Shown here: positions 1-8,610 of the stretch, piece after piece
How positions within the stretch are numbered: position 1 is the first letter of the stretch
Layout: each line of letters starts with the position of its first letter
Assembly (NCBI GenBank): GCA_964022095.1
Contig: CAXHZO010000022.1
Coordinates: forward strand, 1 to 38,519
DNA length: 38,519 nucleotides
Reading direction: 5' to 3'
Origin: an uncultured Arcobacteraceae bacterium
Lineage (GTDB): Bacteria; Campylobacterota; Campylobacteria; Campylobacterales; Arcobacteraceae
Notes under the pieces: model-generated
Seen by the model: the letters and a program-made list of their open reading frames with translations, nothing else
The model's database searches: none
Told to the model about the DNA's origin: nothing
Translations under genes and position numbers: made by a program

Positions 1-290
1 TACTTGCCATTTTCTAATGGAATATACCAATATTTTATTTTGATTTTTTCAAAATGTATATTTGGATTTCTTTTCAACTTTACTATTGGGTAATCAAATC
101 CACCATCAAAAAGTTGATTACATTTTAATATGCGTGATATTGTAAAATAAATCGCCTTAAAAAAAGTATTATTATCCAACTGCCATAGTGCATATTGTGA
201 ACAAGTTGGGTAATATCTACATGATCCAAAGGATATTACACTTAAATATCTTTGATAAAATCTAATTAAAAATTTGAAGATTGCTTTCAT
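1..290 (-). CDS. yidD: Membrane protein insertion efficiency factor YidD (3' end runs off the window)
   Basis: Translated by hand from ATG at 290: [34 protein letters not shown]...RILKCNQLFDGGFDYP, with the CRYYPTCS and RI.KC..F.GG.D motifs. ATGA overlap with the rnpA stop; canonical rpmH-rnpA-yidD order. Confidence 0.95.
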   Translation of the reverse strand, partial: MKAIFKFLIRFYQRYLSVISFGSCRYYPTCSQYALWQLDNNTFFKAIYFTISRILKCNQLFDGGFDYPIVKLKRNPNIHFEKIKIKYWYIPLENGK

Positions 291-622
291 TTTAATAACT
301 CTAATCTTTTAAATGCAAAATCAAAATCTTTTTTTAATTTTTTAAAATCATTATTATTGATTTCATTTTTTGCTACAAAGATATAGTTACCTGATAATAT
401 TTTATTTTCGTAAGTATTAAATAAAGCTCTCATTCTACGTCTAGCTTTATTTCGTTCAACTGCATTTCCAATCTTTTTAGAAGTTACAAATCCAGCTTTT
501 ATTGTTTGTTGAGAATTAAAAAAAGCGACAAAAGAGCTTGTGTGCCATTTTTTGCCGCTTTTATATAGTTTGTTAAAGTCTCTTGAAGAATTTAATCGGT
601 GATTTTTGCTTAAACAGCTAAT
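287..622 (-). CDS. rnpA: Ribonuclease P protein component (111 aa; inferred ATT start)
   Basis: Hand translation: (I/M)[34 protein letters not shown]...[25 protein letters not shown] (RNR motif). Lies between rpmH and yidD; TGA at 289-287. The start position is inferred (see findings). Confidence 0.92.
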   Translation of the reverse strand: MSCLSKNHRLNSSRDFNKLYKSGKKWHTSSFVAFFNSQQTIKAGFVTSKKIGNAVERNKARRRMRALFNTYENKILSGNYIFVAKNEINNNDFKKLKKDFDFAFKRLELLK

Positions 623-744
623 CTTTTTCTACCTTTGGCTCTTCTTGCTTTAATAACTCTTCTACCGTTTTTAGTAGACATTCTTAGTCTAAATCCGTGA
701 GTTCTTTTTCTCGGAGTGTTATGTGGTTGATATGTTCTTTTCAT
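610..744 (-). CDS. rpmH: 50S ribosomal protein L34 (44 aa)
   Basis: [52 protein letters not shown] at 759-754. Confidence 0.99.
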   Translation of the reverse strand: MKRTYQPHNTPRKRTHGFRLRMSTKNGRRVIKARRAKGRKRLAV

Positions 745-780
745 CTTAGGTTTTCCTCTATTTCACTAATTAAGTCGTGG

Positions 781-786
781 ATTATA
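781..786 (-). promoter_or_regulatory. Putative sigma70 -10 box (TATAAT) for the rpmH-rnpA-yidD operon
   Basis: Perfect TATAAT on the minus strand 36 nt upstream of the rpmH ATG. Confidence 0.6.
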
Positions 787-825
787 ATTAATTTGAGCTT
801 AATGTTTCTTTATATATGAACTAAA

Positions 826-2739
826 TTAGATATTTAATGGCAAAATTATCTTAAAAACTGCTCCATGATAGTTTTTTCCATCATAATTAAAGCTATCATT
901 TGATACAAAAATATTACCTTTTAAATGTTTTTTTACAATTTCTTCACTCATAAATAAACCAATTCCTGTACCATTTTGAGTAGATTTTGTAGTGAAGTAT
1001 GGTTCAAAAATACTTGTTAAAACTTCGTTCGGTATTCCACCTGCATTATCTTTAATAAAAATTTCTAAATTCTTATTACACTTTTTTACATTAACAAAAA
1101 TATATCTATTGGTTTGTTTTTTTACTAATTCGTCTCTTGCATTATTTAATATGTTTATTAAAACTTGAATTAATTCATTTTCTAAACTGTTTAATTCAAC
1201 ATGTTCTATATCTTTAAATATTTCAATACTCTTAGAATTAAATTGAACTTTTACTAAACCAATTGCTTTATCAAATGCTGATTGAATATCAAATTTTTTA
1301 GCAATTTTTTGTGGTTTAAAAAAGTCCCTAAAATCATCGATAGTAGTTGAAAGGTATTGTACATGCTTGTTCACAAGAGTTAAAGACTCTATTTCATCTT
1401 CTTGTGTCAAAACACCTAACTCTTTTTGCATCTTCATTCCTGTAACTATAGTTGATATAGTTGATAATGGCTGTCTCCACTGGTGGGCAATATTTCCTAT
1501 CATTTCTCCCATAGCTGCCATTTTTGATTGATGAGCCATGATATTGTCTTTTTTAATATTATCTTTTATTTGCTTTTGTATATCTGCTTGATACTTTTGG
1601 AATTTACTCTCTAGTATGTTTGAAATATTAATGAATATTACTAAAATAAAAAGAGTCATAATAAAACTCACAAGTAAGATTTTTTTGATACTACTATTAT
1701 TTGAACTATTTAATTCTAATTTTTTCTTTTCTAAATTTTCATAAAAATCATCCATATAAAAACCTGTTCCAATAATCCAATCCCAATCTTTGATATTATC
1801 TACATAACTATATTTATAGATATTTCTTTCATGATCTTCTTTATCAGGTTTTATAGTGTGATAGTAAGATAAAAAATCACCTTTTCTTGCTGCAGTTTTC
1901 ATAAGTTCAAATGTTTTATAAATATCAGGGTTAAAACTTTTTTGATAGACAGTTTTTCCTATAAAACTTTTATCATAGTAACCTAAATAAACTCCATCAT
2001 AATTAATAATAAATATATAACCATTTTTATCAAATTTAAAATCTGAAATACTTTTTATAAGTCTATTTTTTAGTTTGGATTCGAAATCATCAACATATTC
2101 CCCTGCACCAATAAAGATATTTAAAGGCTCAAACTTTTTAAAATAACCGATTTTTTCAAATGCTTTACTTGAGTTATCATCTTTTTTCCAATACCAAGAA
2201 TAAAAAGTTTCATCTTTTTGAGTTAATATTTTATTCATCTCTTGCATAAAGGCAGTCCCTTTTTCATCTTTTGCATTCCAAAGGTTTTTATTTTCTAGAT
2301 ATTTTTTTTCTGGATGAAATATATTTGTGCCATCTAAAGTATAAATAAAAATATAACTTCTATTATCATTGAATCTAATATTTTTCAATATTTTTTTTAT
2401 TTTTGAAAACATCTTTTCTTTTGGTAAATCTTTATGCTCTTCATAAATGTTACTTAGAATCTTGTAAGAGTTATCAATTTGCAGTTTTAAAGTTTCTTTC
2501 AAATCATTTAGTGCTATTGTTTTTTCATATTCTACTTGCTCTTTTATTCTTTTTACTTGATATTGTATTTGTTCTTTATTTAATTGAATGTAGTTTGATT
2601 CAAGTTTTTCTGTTTCATTTTTGAGATTTATTTGGTTTTGATTATATAAATAAAAAGTCACTAAAGCTGAAATAAATATAACAAAAATAGAAGGGACGTA
2701 TTTAATTATATTTATTATTTCTTTTTCTTTTTTTTGCAT
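826..2739 (-). CDS. Orphan sensor histidine kinase with two tandem Cache-type periplasmic domains
   Basis: N-terminal TM; two Cache-like repeats (YIFIYTLDG..IFHP...IGAGEY and GYIFIINYDG...WDWIIGTGFY); second TM; H-box IAHQWRQPL; N-box NILNNA; G1 DNAGG; G2 GTGIGL. Confidence 0.9.
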   Translation of the reverse strand: MQKKEKEIINIIKYVPSIFVIFISALVTFYLYNQNQINLKNETEKLESNYIQLNKEQIQYQVKRIKEQVEYEKTIALNDLKETLKLQIDNSYKILSNIYEEHKDLPKEKMFSKIKKILKNIRFNDNRSYIFIYTLDGTNIFHPEKKYLENKNLWNAKDEKGTAFMQEMNKILTQKDETFYSWYWKKDDNSSKAFEKIGYFKKFEPLNIFIGAGEYVDDFESKLKNRLIKSISDFKFDKNGYIFIINYDGVYLGYYDKSFIGKTVYQKSFNPDIYKTFELMKTAARKGDFLSYYHTIKPDKEDHERNIYKYSYVDNIKDWDWIIGTGFYMDDFYENLEKKKLELNSSNNSSIKKILLVSFIMTLFILVIFINISNILESKFQKYQADIQKQIKDNIKKDNIMAHQSKMAAMGEMIGNIAHQWRQPLSTISTIVTGMKMQKELGVLTQEDEIESLTLVNKHVQYLSTTIDDFRDFFKPQKIAKKFDIQSAFDKAIGLVKVQFNSKSIEIFKDIEHVELNSLENELIQVLINILNNARDELVKKQTNRYIFVNVKKCNKNLEIFIKDNAGGIPNEVLTSIFEPYFTTKSTQNGTGIGLFMSEEIVKKHLKGNIFVSNDSFNYDGKNYHGAVFKIILPLNI

Positions 2740-2795
2740 TTGGTCTCTTTAACTAATAATTAACTAATTATATATTAAAAGAGACCAAAATGCAA
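2734..2795 (-). promoter_or_regulatory. Inverted repeat covering the kinase RBS and ATG, containing a TTGCAT-N17-TATAAT promoter
   Basis: Arms 2734-2752 (TTGCATTTGGTCTCTTTAA) and 2775-2795 (TTAAAAGAGACCAAAATGCAA) are complementary except for two single-base bulges. On the minus strand, TATAAT is at 2772-2767 and TTGCAT at 2795-2790. Confidence 0.75.
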
Positions 2796-2807
2796 TAAAT
2801 AACTTTT

Positions 2808-5387
2808 TTAAGATAAGTTAACAATTACCTCATCATTAAGTACATCAAATTCAACTTTACTTCCCTCACCTATTTTATCTTCTAAGATTAAATCTGCAAG
2901 TTTGTCTTCAACTATTTCATAAATTGCTCTTTTAAGTGGTCTTGCCCCATAAACAGGATCAAATCCAACTTTTGCGATAAACTCTTTTGCACTTGAAGTT
3001 AAGATTATTTCTATATCTTTACTTCCAACTTTTTTCTTAATTGAAGCAAATAAAATATCAACTATGTTTGTAATTGCCTCCAGTCCTAATTGTTCAAAGA
3101 TAACAATATCGTCAAGTCTATTTAAAAACTCTGGTCTAAAATAAGCTTTTAAATCATCTAGTACTGATTTTCTTCTTTCTTCCTTATCAGATATTTCAAT
3201 AATCTTAGCACTACCAATATTTGAAGTTAAGATAATAATTGTATTTTTAAAATCAATTGTCACACCTTTATTATCAGTTAATCTTCCATCATCTAATACT
3301 TGTAATAAAATATTAAATACATCAGGATGTGCTTTTTCAATCTCATCAAATAGTATTACACTATATGGTTTTCTCCTAACTGCTTCAGTTAATTGACCAC
3401 CCTCTTCATATCCAACATACCCAGGAGCTGCTCCAATAAGTCTACTAACTGCATGTTTCTCCATATATTCACTCATATCAAATCTAATTAAAGCTTTCTC
3501 ATCATCAAATAAAAACCTTGCAAGTGTTTTAGCACTCTCTGTTTTACCAACTCCTGTTGGCCCTAAAAACATAAATGAACCAACTGGTCTACTCTCATCA
3601 CTAAGTCCTGCTTTATTTCTTTTTATAGCTCTAGAAATTGCTTTTAGTGCTTCATCTTGTCCTATTACATCTTGCTTTAAAACTTCCTCTACTTTTAAAA
3701 CCTTTTGTTTTTCACTATCCATCATTTTAGTTACTGGAATTCCTGTCCATCTAGAAACTATACTTGCAATCGCTTCTTCATCAACACTATTTCTTAAAAG
3801 TGTCCCTTGCTCTTGCATTTGATTCCATTTTTCTTGATTCTCTTTAATCTTTTCTTGTAATTGAGGAATTTCACCATACTCAATTGAAGCTGCTTCTTCA
3901 AATTTAGATTCTCTTTTTGCACGTTCTGCTTTATTTTTAAGTTCATCAATTTTTGCTTTTAAAGAACTTTCTGCATTAAATGTCTCTTTTTCATTTTCAA
4001 ATCTAGCTTCTAAGTTTTGCTTCTCTTCGTTTTTATTTGCTAATTCTTTTTCAATCTCACCTAATCTTGCATCATTCTTTTTTGATTTTTCCATCTTTAA
4101 TGCTTCTTTTTCTACATTAAGTGTTTGAATCTCTCTTTTTATAGTAGATAAAATGATTGGCTCTGATTCTATTTGCATTTTAAGTTCAGCTGCTGCTTCA
4201 TCTATAAGGTCAATTGCTTTATCTGGTAAAAATCTATCTGATATATATCTATCAGATAGTTTTGCTGCACTTACCAAGGCACTATCGTTTATAGTAACAT
4301 TGTGGTGAGTTTCTAGTCTCTCTTTAATACCTCTTAGTATTTGTAAGGCTTCATTTACACTTGGCTCATCTACATTTACTGGTTGGAATCTTCTTTGCAT
4401 AGCAGCATCTTTTTCAAAATACTTTCTATACTCTTTAAGTGTTGTTGCACCAATAGTGTGTAATTCACCCCTAGCTAATGATGGTTTTAAAATATTAGCT
4501 GCATCCATACTACCTTCACTAGCTCCTGCTCCAATGATAGTGTGAATTTCATCGATAAATAGAATAATATTTCCAGCTTTTTTCACTTCATCAATAACAG
4601 CTTTTAATCTATCTTCAAACTCACCTCTGTATTTTGCACCTGCAATTAAAGCACTCATATCAAGTGTTACTACTTTTTTATTCTGCAAAGATAGTGGTAC
4701 TTCTTTGTTAACTATTCTTTGAGCTAATCCTTCAGCAATTGCAGTTTTACCAGTACCAGGCTCTCCTAGTAAAATTGGATTGTTCTTTGTTTTTCTAATT
4801 AGAATTTGCATCATTCTTTGAATTTGCTCATCTCTACCAATTACTGGATCTAATTCACCATCAATTGCTTTTTTATTTAGATCAATTCCATATTTACCTA
4901 ATGCTTCTAAATTATCATCTCCACTTTGAGAGTCTATTGTTTGCCCTGCTCTCATAGCCTCTAAATTTTTCTTTGCTTCATTTAAATCTAAGTACTTTCC
5001 TAATACATCTTTTATTACTTGATTTTTTAGATTTGACATTAACCAAGTATCAATTGCTATGTATTTATCTCCATTGCTTGTCATTAAACCCTCAGCACTT
5101 TGTATACTTGCTAAGAAATTTCTAGAGAGTTTTATATTCTCTTTTGTTACACTTGAAACTTGGGGAAGTTTGTTAGCATATGATTTTGCTTCTAGTTCAA
5201 TAGCTGCTTTATCAACATTCATTTTATTTAATAGTTGATTTAATACTGAGTTTGTATTTGTTAATAAAGCCCATAAAAAGTGGATTATATCTACTTCTTG
5301 ATTTTTATTATGTAATGCAAGTGAAACTGATGAGTCAATTACCTCATGCATTTGGTTTGTTAGTTTTTCAAAAATATTGTTATTCAT
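2808..5387 (-). CDS. clpB: ATP-dependent disaggregase ClpB
   Basis: Two AAA+ modules ([16 protein letters not shown]), pore loops KYRGEFE and GYVGYEEGG, long coiled-coil middle domain, 859 aa. Confidence 0.97.
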   Translation of the reverse strand: MNNNIFEKLTNQMHEVIDSSVSLALHNKNQEVDIIHFLWALLTNTNSVLNQLLNKMNVDKAAIELEAKSYANKLPQVSSVTKENIKLSRNFLASIQSAEGLMTSNGDKYIAIDTWLMSNLKNQVIKDVLGKYLDLNEAKKNLEAMRAGQTIDSQSGDDNLEALGKYGIDLNKKAIDGELDPVIGRDEQIQRMMQILIRKTKNNPILLGEPGTGKTAIAEGLAQRIVNKEVPLSLQNKKVVTLDMSALIAGAKYRGEFEDRLKAVIDEVKKAGNIILFIDEIHTIIGAGASEGSMDAANILKPSLARGELHTIGATTLKEYRKYFEKDAAMQRRFQPVNVDEPSVNEALQILRGIKERLETHHNVTINDSALVSAAKLSDRYISDRFLPDKAIDLIDEAAAELKMQIESEPIILSTIKREIQTLNVEKEALKMEKSKKNDARLGEIEKELANKNEEKQNLEARFENEKETFNAESSLKAKIDELKNKAERAKRESKFEEAASIEYGEIPQLQEKIKENQEKWNQMQEQGTLLRNSVDEEAIASIVSRWTGIPVTKMMDSEKQKVLKVEEVLKQDVIGQDEALKAISRAIKRNKAGLSDESRPVGSFMFLGPTGVGKTESAKTLARFLFDDEKALIRFDMSEYMEKHAVSRLIGAAPGYVGYEEGGQLTEAVRRKPYSVILFDEIEKAHPDVFNILLQVLDDGRLTDNKGVTIDFKNTIIILTSNIGSAKIIEISDKEERRKSVLDDLKAYFRPEFLNRLDDIVIFEQLGLEAITNIVDILFASIKKKVGSKDIEIILTSSAKEFIAKVGFDPVYGARPLKRAIYEIVEDKLADLILEDKIGEGSKVEFDVLNDEVIVNLS

Positions 5388-5388
5388 T

Positions 5389-5415
5389 TTAGCACTCCTT
5401 TTCTTTAACTGCTAA
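5389..5415. promoter_or_regulatory. CIRCE element (HrcA operator) in the clpB leader
   Basis: TTAGCACTC-CTTTTCTTT-AACTGCTAA versus consensus TTAGCACTC-N9-GAGTGCTAA (9/9 and 7/9, exact 9-nt spacer). Overlaps the clpB SD (AAGGAG). Confidence 0.8.
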
Positions 5416-5419
5416 TAAA

Positions 5420-5449
5420 ATTGTAGCACCTTTAGTGTCTCTTTGTCAA
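5420..5449 (-). promoter_or_regulatory. clpB sigma70 promoter TTGACA-N18-TACAAT with extended -10 TG
   Basis: Minus strand reads TTGACA AAGAGACACTAAAGGTGC TACAAT. Confidence 0.75.
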
Positions 5450-5450
5450 G
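5430..5450. promoter_or_regulatory. HAIR-like element (putative HspR operator) overlapping the clpB -35 box
   Basis: Minus strand CTTGACA-AAGAGAC-ACTAAAG versus HAIR CTTGAGT-N7-ACTCAAG (5/7 and 6/7, exact spacer). Confidence 0.6.
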
Positions 5451-5531
5451 TCTTTTTATAAATCTTTTATAAATTATAATTGCATTTCAAAATAGGTTCC
5501 TTTAGAAATGGGACATTTTAAAAGGATTTAA

Positions 5532-6104
5532 ATGCTTTGTGGAATTGATGAGGCTGGACGTGGACCAATAGCAGGGCCATTAAGCGTTGCAGGTGCTATA
5601 TTTATAAATGAAGTTAAAGAGTTAGATGACTCAAAAAAATTAAGTGAGAAAAAAAGAGAAGAGTTATTCGAAAAAGTAAAAGAGAATTGTCACTATCACA
5701 TTGTCTTTAAAAGTGCCAAAGAGATTGATGAAAGAGGTATAAGTGCTTGTTTAAAAGAATCAATTCTTGAAATTATGGAAAAGCTAAAAGATAAATGTGA
5801 AGAGTTTCTAATGGATGGAAATACATCATTTGGGATAAATACACTACAACATAAAATAAAAGCAGATGCAAGTGTAAAAGAAGTTAGTGCTGCTTCAATT
5901 TTGGCAAAAGTAAGTCGGGATAGGTACATGGTGAAAATTGCACCAGATTATAAGGAATATGACTTTGATAAACACAAAGGATATGGAACAAAATCTCATG
6001 TTGAAGCAATTAAAAAATATGGCAGAAGTGACCAACATAGAGTTACTTTTAGATTAAAAGCACTAGGTGAAGAAAAAATTGGAGTTCAAAAAAATCTATT
6101 TTAG
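5532..6104 (+). CDS. rnhB: Ribonuclease HII
   Basis: GIDEAGRGP, DSKKL, DG, AASILAKV.RD and HKGYGT..H motifs. Confidence 0.97.
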   Translation: MLCGIDEAGRGPIAGPLSVAGAIFINEVKELDDSKKLSEKKREELFEKVKENCHYHIVFKSAKEIDERGISACLKESILEIMEKLKDKCEEFLMDGNTSFGINTLQHKIKADASVKEVSAASILAKVSRDRYMVKIAPDYKEYDFDKHKGYGTKSHVEAIKKYGRSDQHRVTFRLKALGEEKIGVQKNLF

Positions 6105-6105
6105 A

Positions 6106-6420
6106 TTATTTTGAAACTTCGCCAATATAATTTTCTACTGATTTTATTTTTTCTACCATTCTATTTTCATGGTTTGGCCTAATATCAAAAGTAATAGTTG
6201 AATAAACCCTTGAGCAACCTGCTTCTTCTAAAACCTTATAACAATTACCTATTAAGATTAAAGCATCACTCATTTGTGCTGTTTCAATAATAGTACACAT
6301 TGAGGTTAGTTGATAGTTATAACCACTATTTTTTATAACTTCAATAACCTTTGATACATAAGCAGATTTGCTCTCACTTTTATCTGTTGGAAACATTGCC
6401 ATTTGAACTAAAACTGACAT
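6106..6420 (-). CDS. MTH1187/YkoF-family thiamine-binding-like protein (104 aa; start moved to ATG 6420)
   Basis: MSVLVQMAMFPTDKSESKSAYVSKVIEVIK.SG..YQLTSMCTIIE...RVYSTITFDIR...MVEKIKSVE matches the family pattern. AAGGA SD sits 5 nt upstream of ATG 6420. Confidence 0.8.
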   Translation of the reverse strand: MSVLVQMAMFPTDKSESKSAYVSKVIEVIKNSGYNYQLTSMCTIIETAQMSDALILIGNCYKVLEEAGCSRVYSTITFDIRPNHENRMVEKIKSVENYIGEVSK

Positions 6421-6545
6421 TTCTATCCTTAAAAATAATATTGTATATTTTTTGTACAAACTATATAAAATATACGCTAATCTTTAACATATTATTTAAA
6501 ATAGTTTTGTTATGATAACTGCTAAATAATTATAAAAGGATTAAC

Positions 6546-6884
6546 ATGCAACTAGATGTATCTCCTGAAGTTTTATTATCACAACTTGGTTATTCTAAAA
6601 GTGATGCTTCACTTCAACAAGCTGAGAAAATGATAACATCAACTTCTAACTTTGATAAATTTTCGAAACATATATTCTCATTAAATGATCATTTAAAGAA
6701 AATGAATGCTTATATTGGGTTATCAAATAAAACAGACTATCTAAAAATTAAATGTGATGAAAATGATGCTGAAGAAATTCTAAAAGAGTTTCATGATGAA
6801 GTAAGTCATTGGGCAAACAAATATAACGTGAAATTAGAAAAGATGGATAACAAACCTATATATTATATTTTAGGTACACACTAA
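6546..6884 (+). CDS. Hypothetical protein (112 aa), resembling a conserved Campylobacterota family; function unknown
   Basis: Clean ORF with AAAAGGA SD, a TGtTATGAT extended -10 at 6508-6516, and a terminator at its end. Confidence 0.75.
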   Translation: MQLDVSPEVLLSQLGYSKSDASLQQAEKMITSTSNFDKFSKHIFSLNDHLKKMNAYIGLSNKTDYLKIKCDENDAEEILKEFHDEVSHWANKYNVKLEKMDNKPIYYILGTH

Positions 6885-6901
6885 ATTTCTAGTGTGTATT
6901 T
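6875..6901. terminator. Hairpin between convergent genes
   Basis: TACACACTA-aatttc-TAGTGTGTA followed by TTT. Confidence 0.6.
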
Positions 6902-6910
6902 AAAGCTTTT

Positions 6911-8548
6911 TTATGCAGGTAAAGTTATTGTAAACTTAGCACCTGTATAAAACTCGTCTTCATACTTATAAGTAATATTTTCAACATTAATATCACCTTG
7001 CATATTATTAATTATAAGCTCTTTAGTCATATATAAACCTATACCAGTACCTACACTTTCATCTTTTGTTGTAAAGTGGGCATCAAATACTTTATCAATG
7101 ATATCTTCTGGTATTCCCTTTGCATTGTCTTTGATTATAATATTTATTTTATTATGCTTTTTATACATCTGAACAAATATAAATTTATTTTCAATATCCT
7201 CATCAAGATTTGCAAAAGCATCATAGGCGTTGTTAAATAGGTTGATTAATACCTGTACAAGTTCATTTCCATATCCATAAATATCAATATCATCTAACTC
7301 TTCTATTATAACTACATCACTTTTTTTACTAACTGAAATCAATAGTTTTCTTGTCTTAAGATAAATATCTTTAAGTTTAAAGTAGTTTTTCTTTTTGTTC
7401 TGCCTTAAAAAGCCCCTAAAGTCTTCTATTGTTTCAGATAAAAATTTTGTTGAATCTATAACATTATTTAAAGAGTTTTTTAAATCCTTGTCATTTAAAA
7501 TATTTAACTCTTTTTGAACAATAATTGAACTAGCTGTGGAACTTATAGCACTTAAAGGCTGACGCCACTGATGAGCTATATTATCAAGCATTTGGCCCAT
7601 AATAGCCATTTTAGATTGATTATAAATTATTGATTCTTTTTGTTTATTTTTAGAGATTTCTTCTTTAACTTTATCATACAAGTCTTTATTTAATTTTTTC
7701 AACTCTTTAGTTTTTTCTTCTACTTTAACTTCAAGTTTTTCATTTAATTTTTTTGCTGAGTCAATTTTCACTTTTAAAAGTATATTTTTTGTATTTAAAT
7801 TATAAATATAATAAACTAAGATAAATAAAAATAGTGATAGAAAAGTAAATAAATATAAAAAGGTATTTGAAGTGTAAAATAAACTATTTTCTAAATGCAT
7901 TATTAATTGTAGTTTTCCATTCAAAATATTTTTTCTTATACTGTCTATATCTTTTTTCTTAGAAACTTTAAAACCTTTTATATCAAAACACTCATTATTA
8001 AAATGAAGATGAAACTTATTTAGTTTTTCAAAACTAAAAAATTTGTAATCAAACATAGCTTTTGTATTTAATTTAGCAATAATAGTTCCAACTTTTTTAT
8101 TTGATAAATAAATCGATTCAACAATAAAAAACTGTAATTTATCATTCTTTTTTTCAATTAACACTGTTGCATTTTCATACTCAGTTAATTTATGTTCATA
8201 TAAAAATGCAATAATTTTTGAACTATTTAAAGCTTTATTTCCATCTAATATTAAAATATCATCAAAAAGTTTTTCATCATTTAATGTTCTATTATTAATA
8301 AATTTTTTTAGCTCATTTTCAATCTTTACAATATTAGCTTTTAATCCATACTGTAAAGACATTCCTAAGGCTTTATTCAAAAAATATGATGAGATATCTT
8401 TACTGCTTAATAAAATTTCTATGTACTCTTTTGATATTGTAAAATAGTTATTTACACCATTATGTACATTTGATAATTCTAATTTAGCTTGATCTTTTTC
8501 ATTTTGTATAATTCTATTTTGACCAAAACTAATAATGGAAATAATCAA
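6911..8548 (-). CDS. Membrane sensor histidine kinase (true start probably upstream, ~8602-8617)
   Basis: Periplasmic region, TM, coiled coil, H-box IAHQWRQPL, NLFNNA, DNAKG, GTGIGL. The frame is open upstream to a TAA at 8620-8618 and encodes the rest of TM1. Confidence 0.88.
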   Translation of the reverse strand: MIISIISFGQNRIIQNEKDQAKLELSNVHNGVNNYFTISKEYIEILLSSKDISSYFLNKALGMSLQYGLKANIVKIENELKKFINNRTLNDEKLFDDILILDGNKALNSSKIIAFLYEHKLTEYENATVLIEKKNDKLQFFIVESIYLSNKKVGTIIAKLNTKAMFDYKFFSFEKLNKFHLHFNNECFDIKGFKVSKKKDIDSIRKNILNGKLQLIMHLENSLFYTSNTFLYLFTFLSLFLFILVYYIYNLNTKNILLKVKIDSAKKLNEKLEVKVEEKTKELKKLNKDLYDKVKEEISKNKQKESIIYNQSKMAIMGQMLDNIAHQWRQPLSAISSTASSIIVQKELNILNDKDLKNSLNNVIDSTKFLSETIEDFRGFLRQNKKKNYFKLKDIYLKTRKLLISVSKKSDVVIIEELDDIDIYGYGNELVQVLINLFNNAYDAFANLDEDIENKFIFVQMYKKHNKINIIIKDNAKGIPEDIIDKVFDAHFTTKDESVGTGIGLYMTKELIINNMQGDINVENITYKYEDEFYTGAKFTITLPA

Positions 8549-8610
8549 TATAGAATAAATCAGAAAAATTGAAACTAAAATAATTAAGGATTTGTTTAAT
8601 ATATATTTAC

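Noticed and set aside
745..825. Possible oriC/dnaA region upstream of rpmH
   Set aside because: No dnaA gene follows and I saw no cluster of DnaA boxes; the 81-bp gap holds only a promoter.
6421..6545. TPP riboswitch upstream of the thiamine-binding-family gene
   Set aside because: No conserved CUGAGA-type core or GC-paired stems; the leader is too short and AT-rich.
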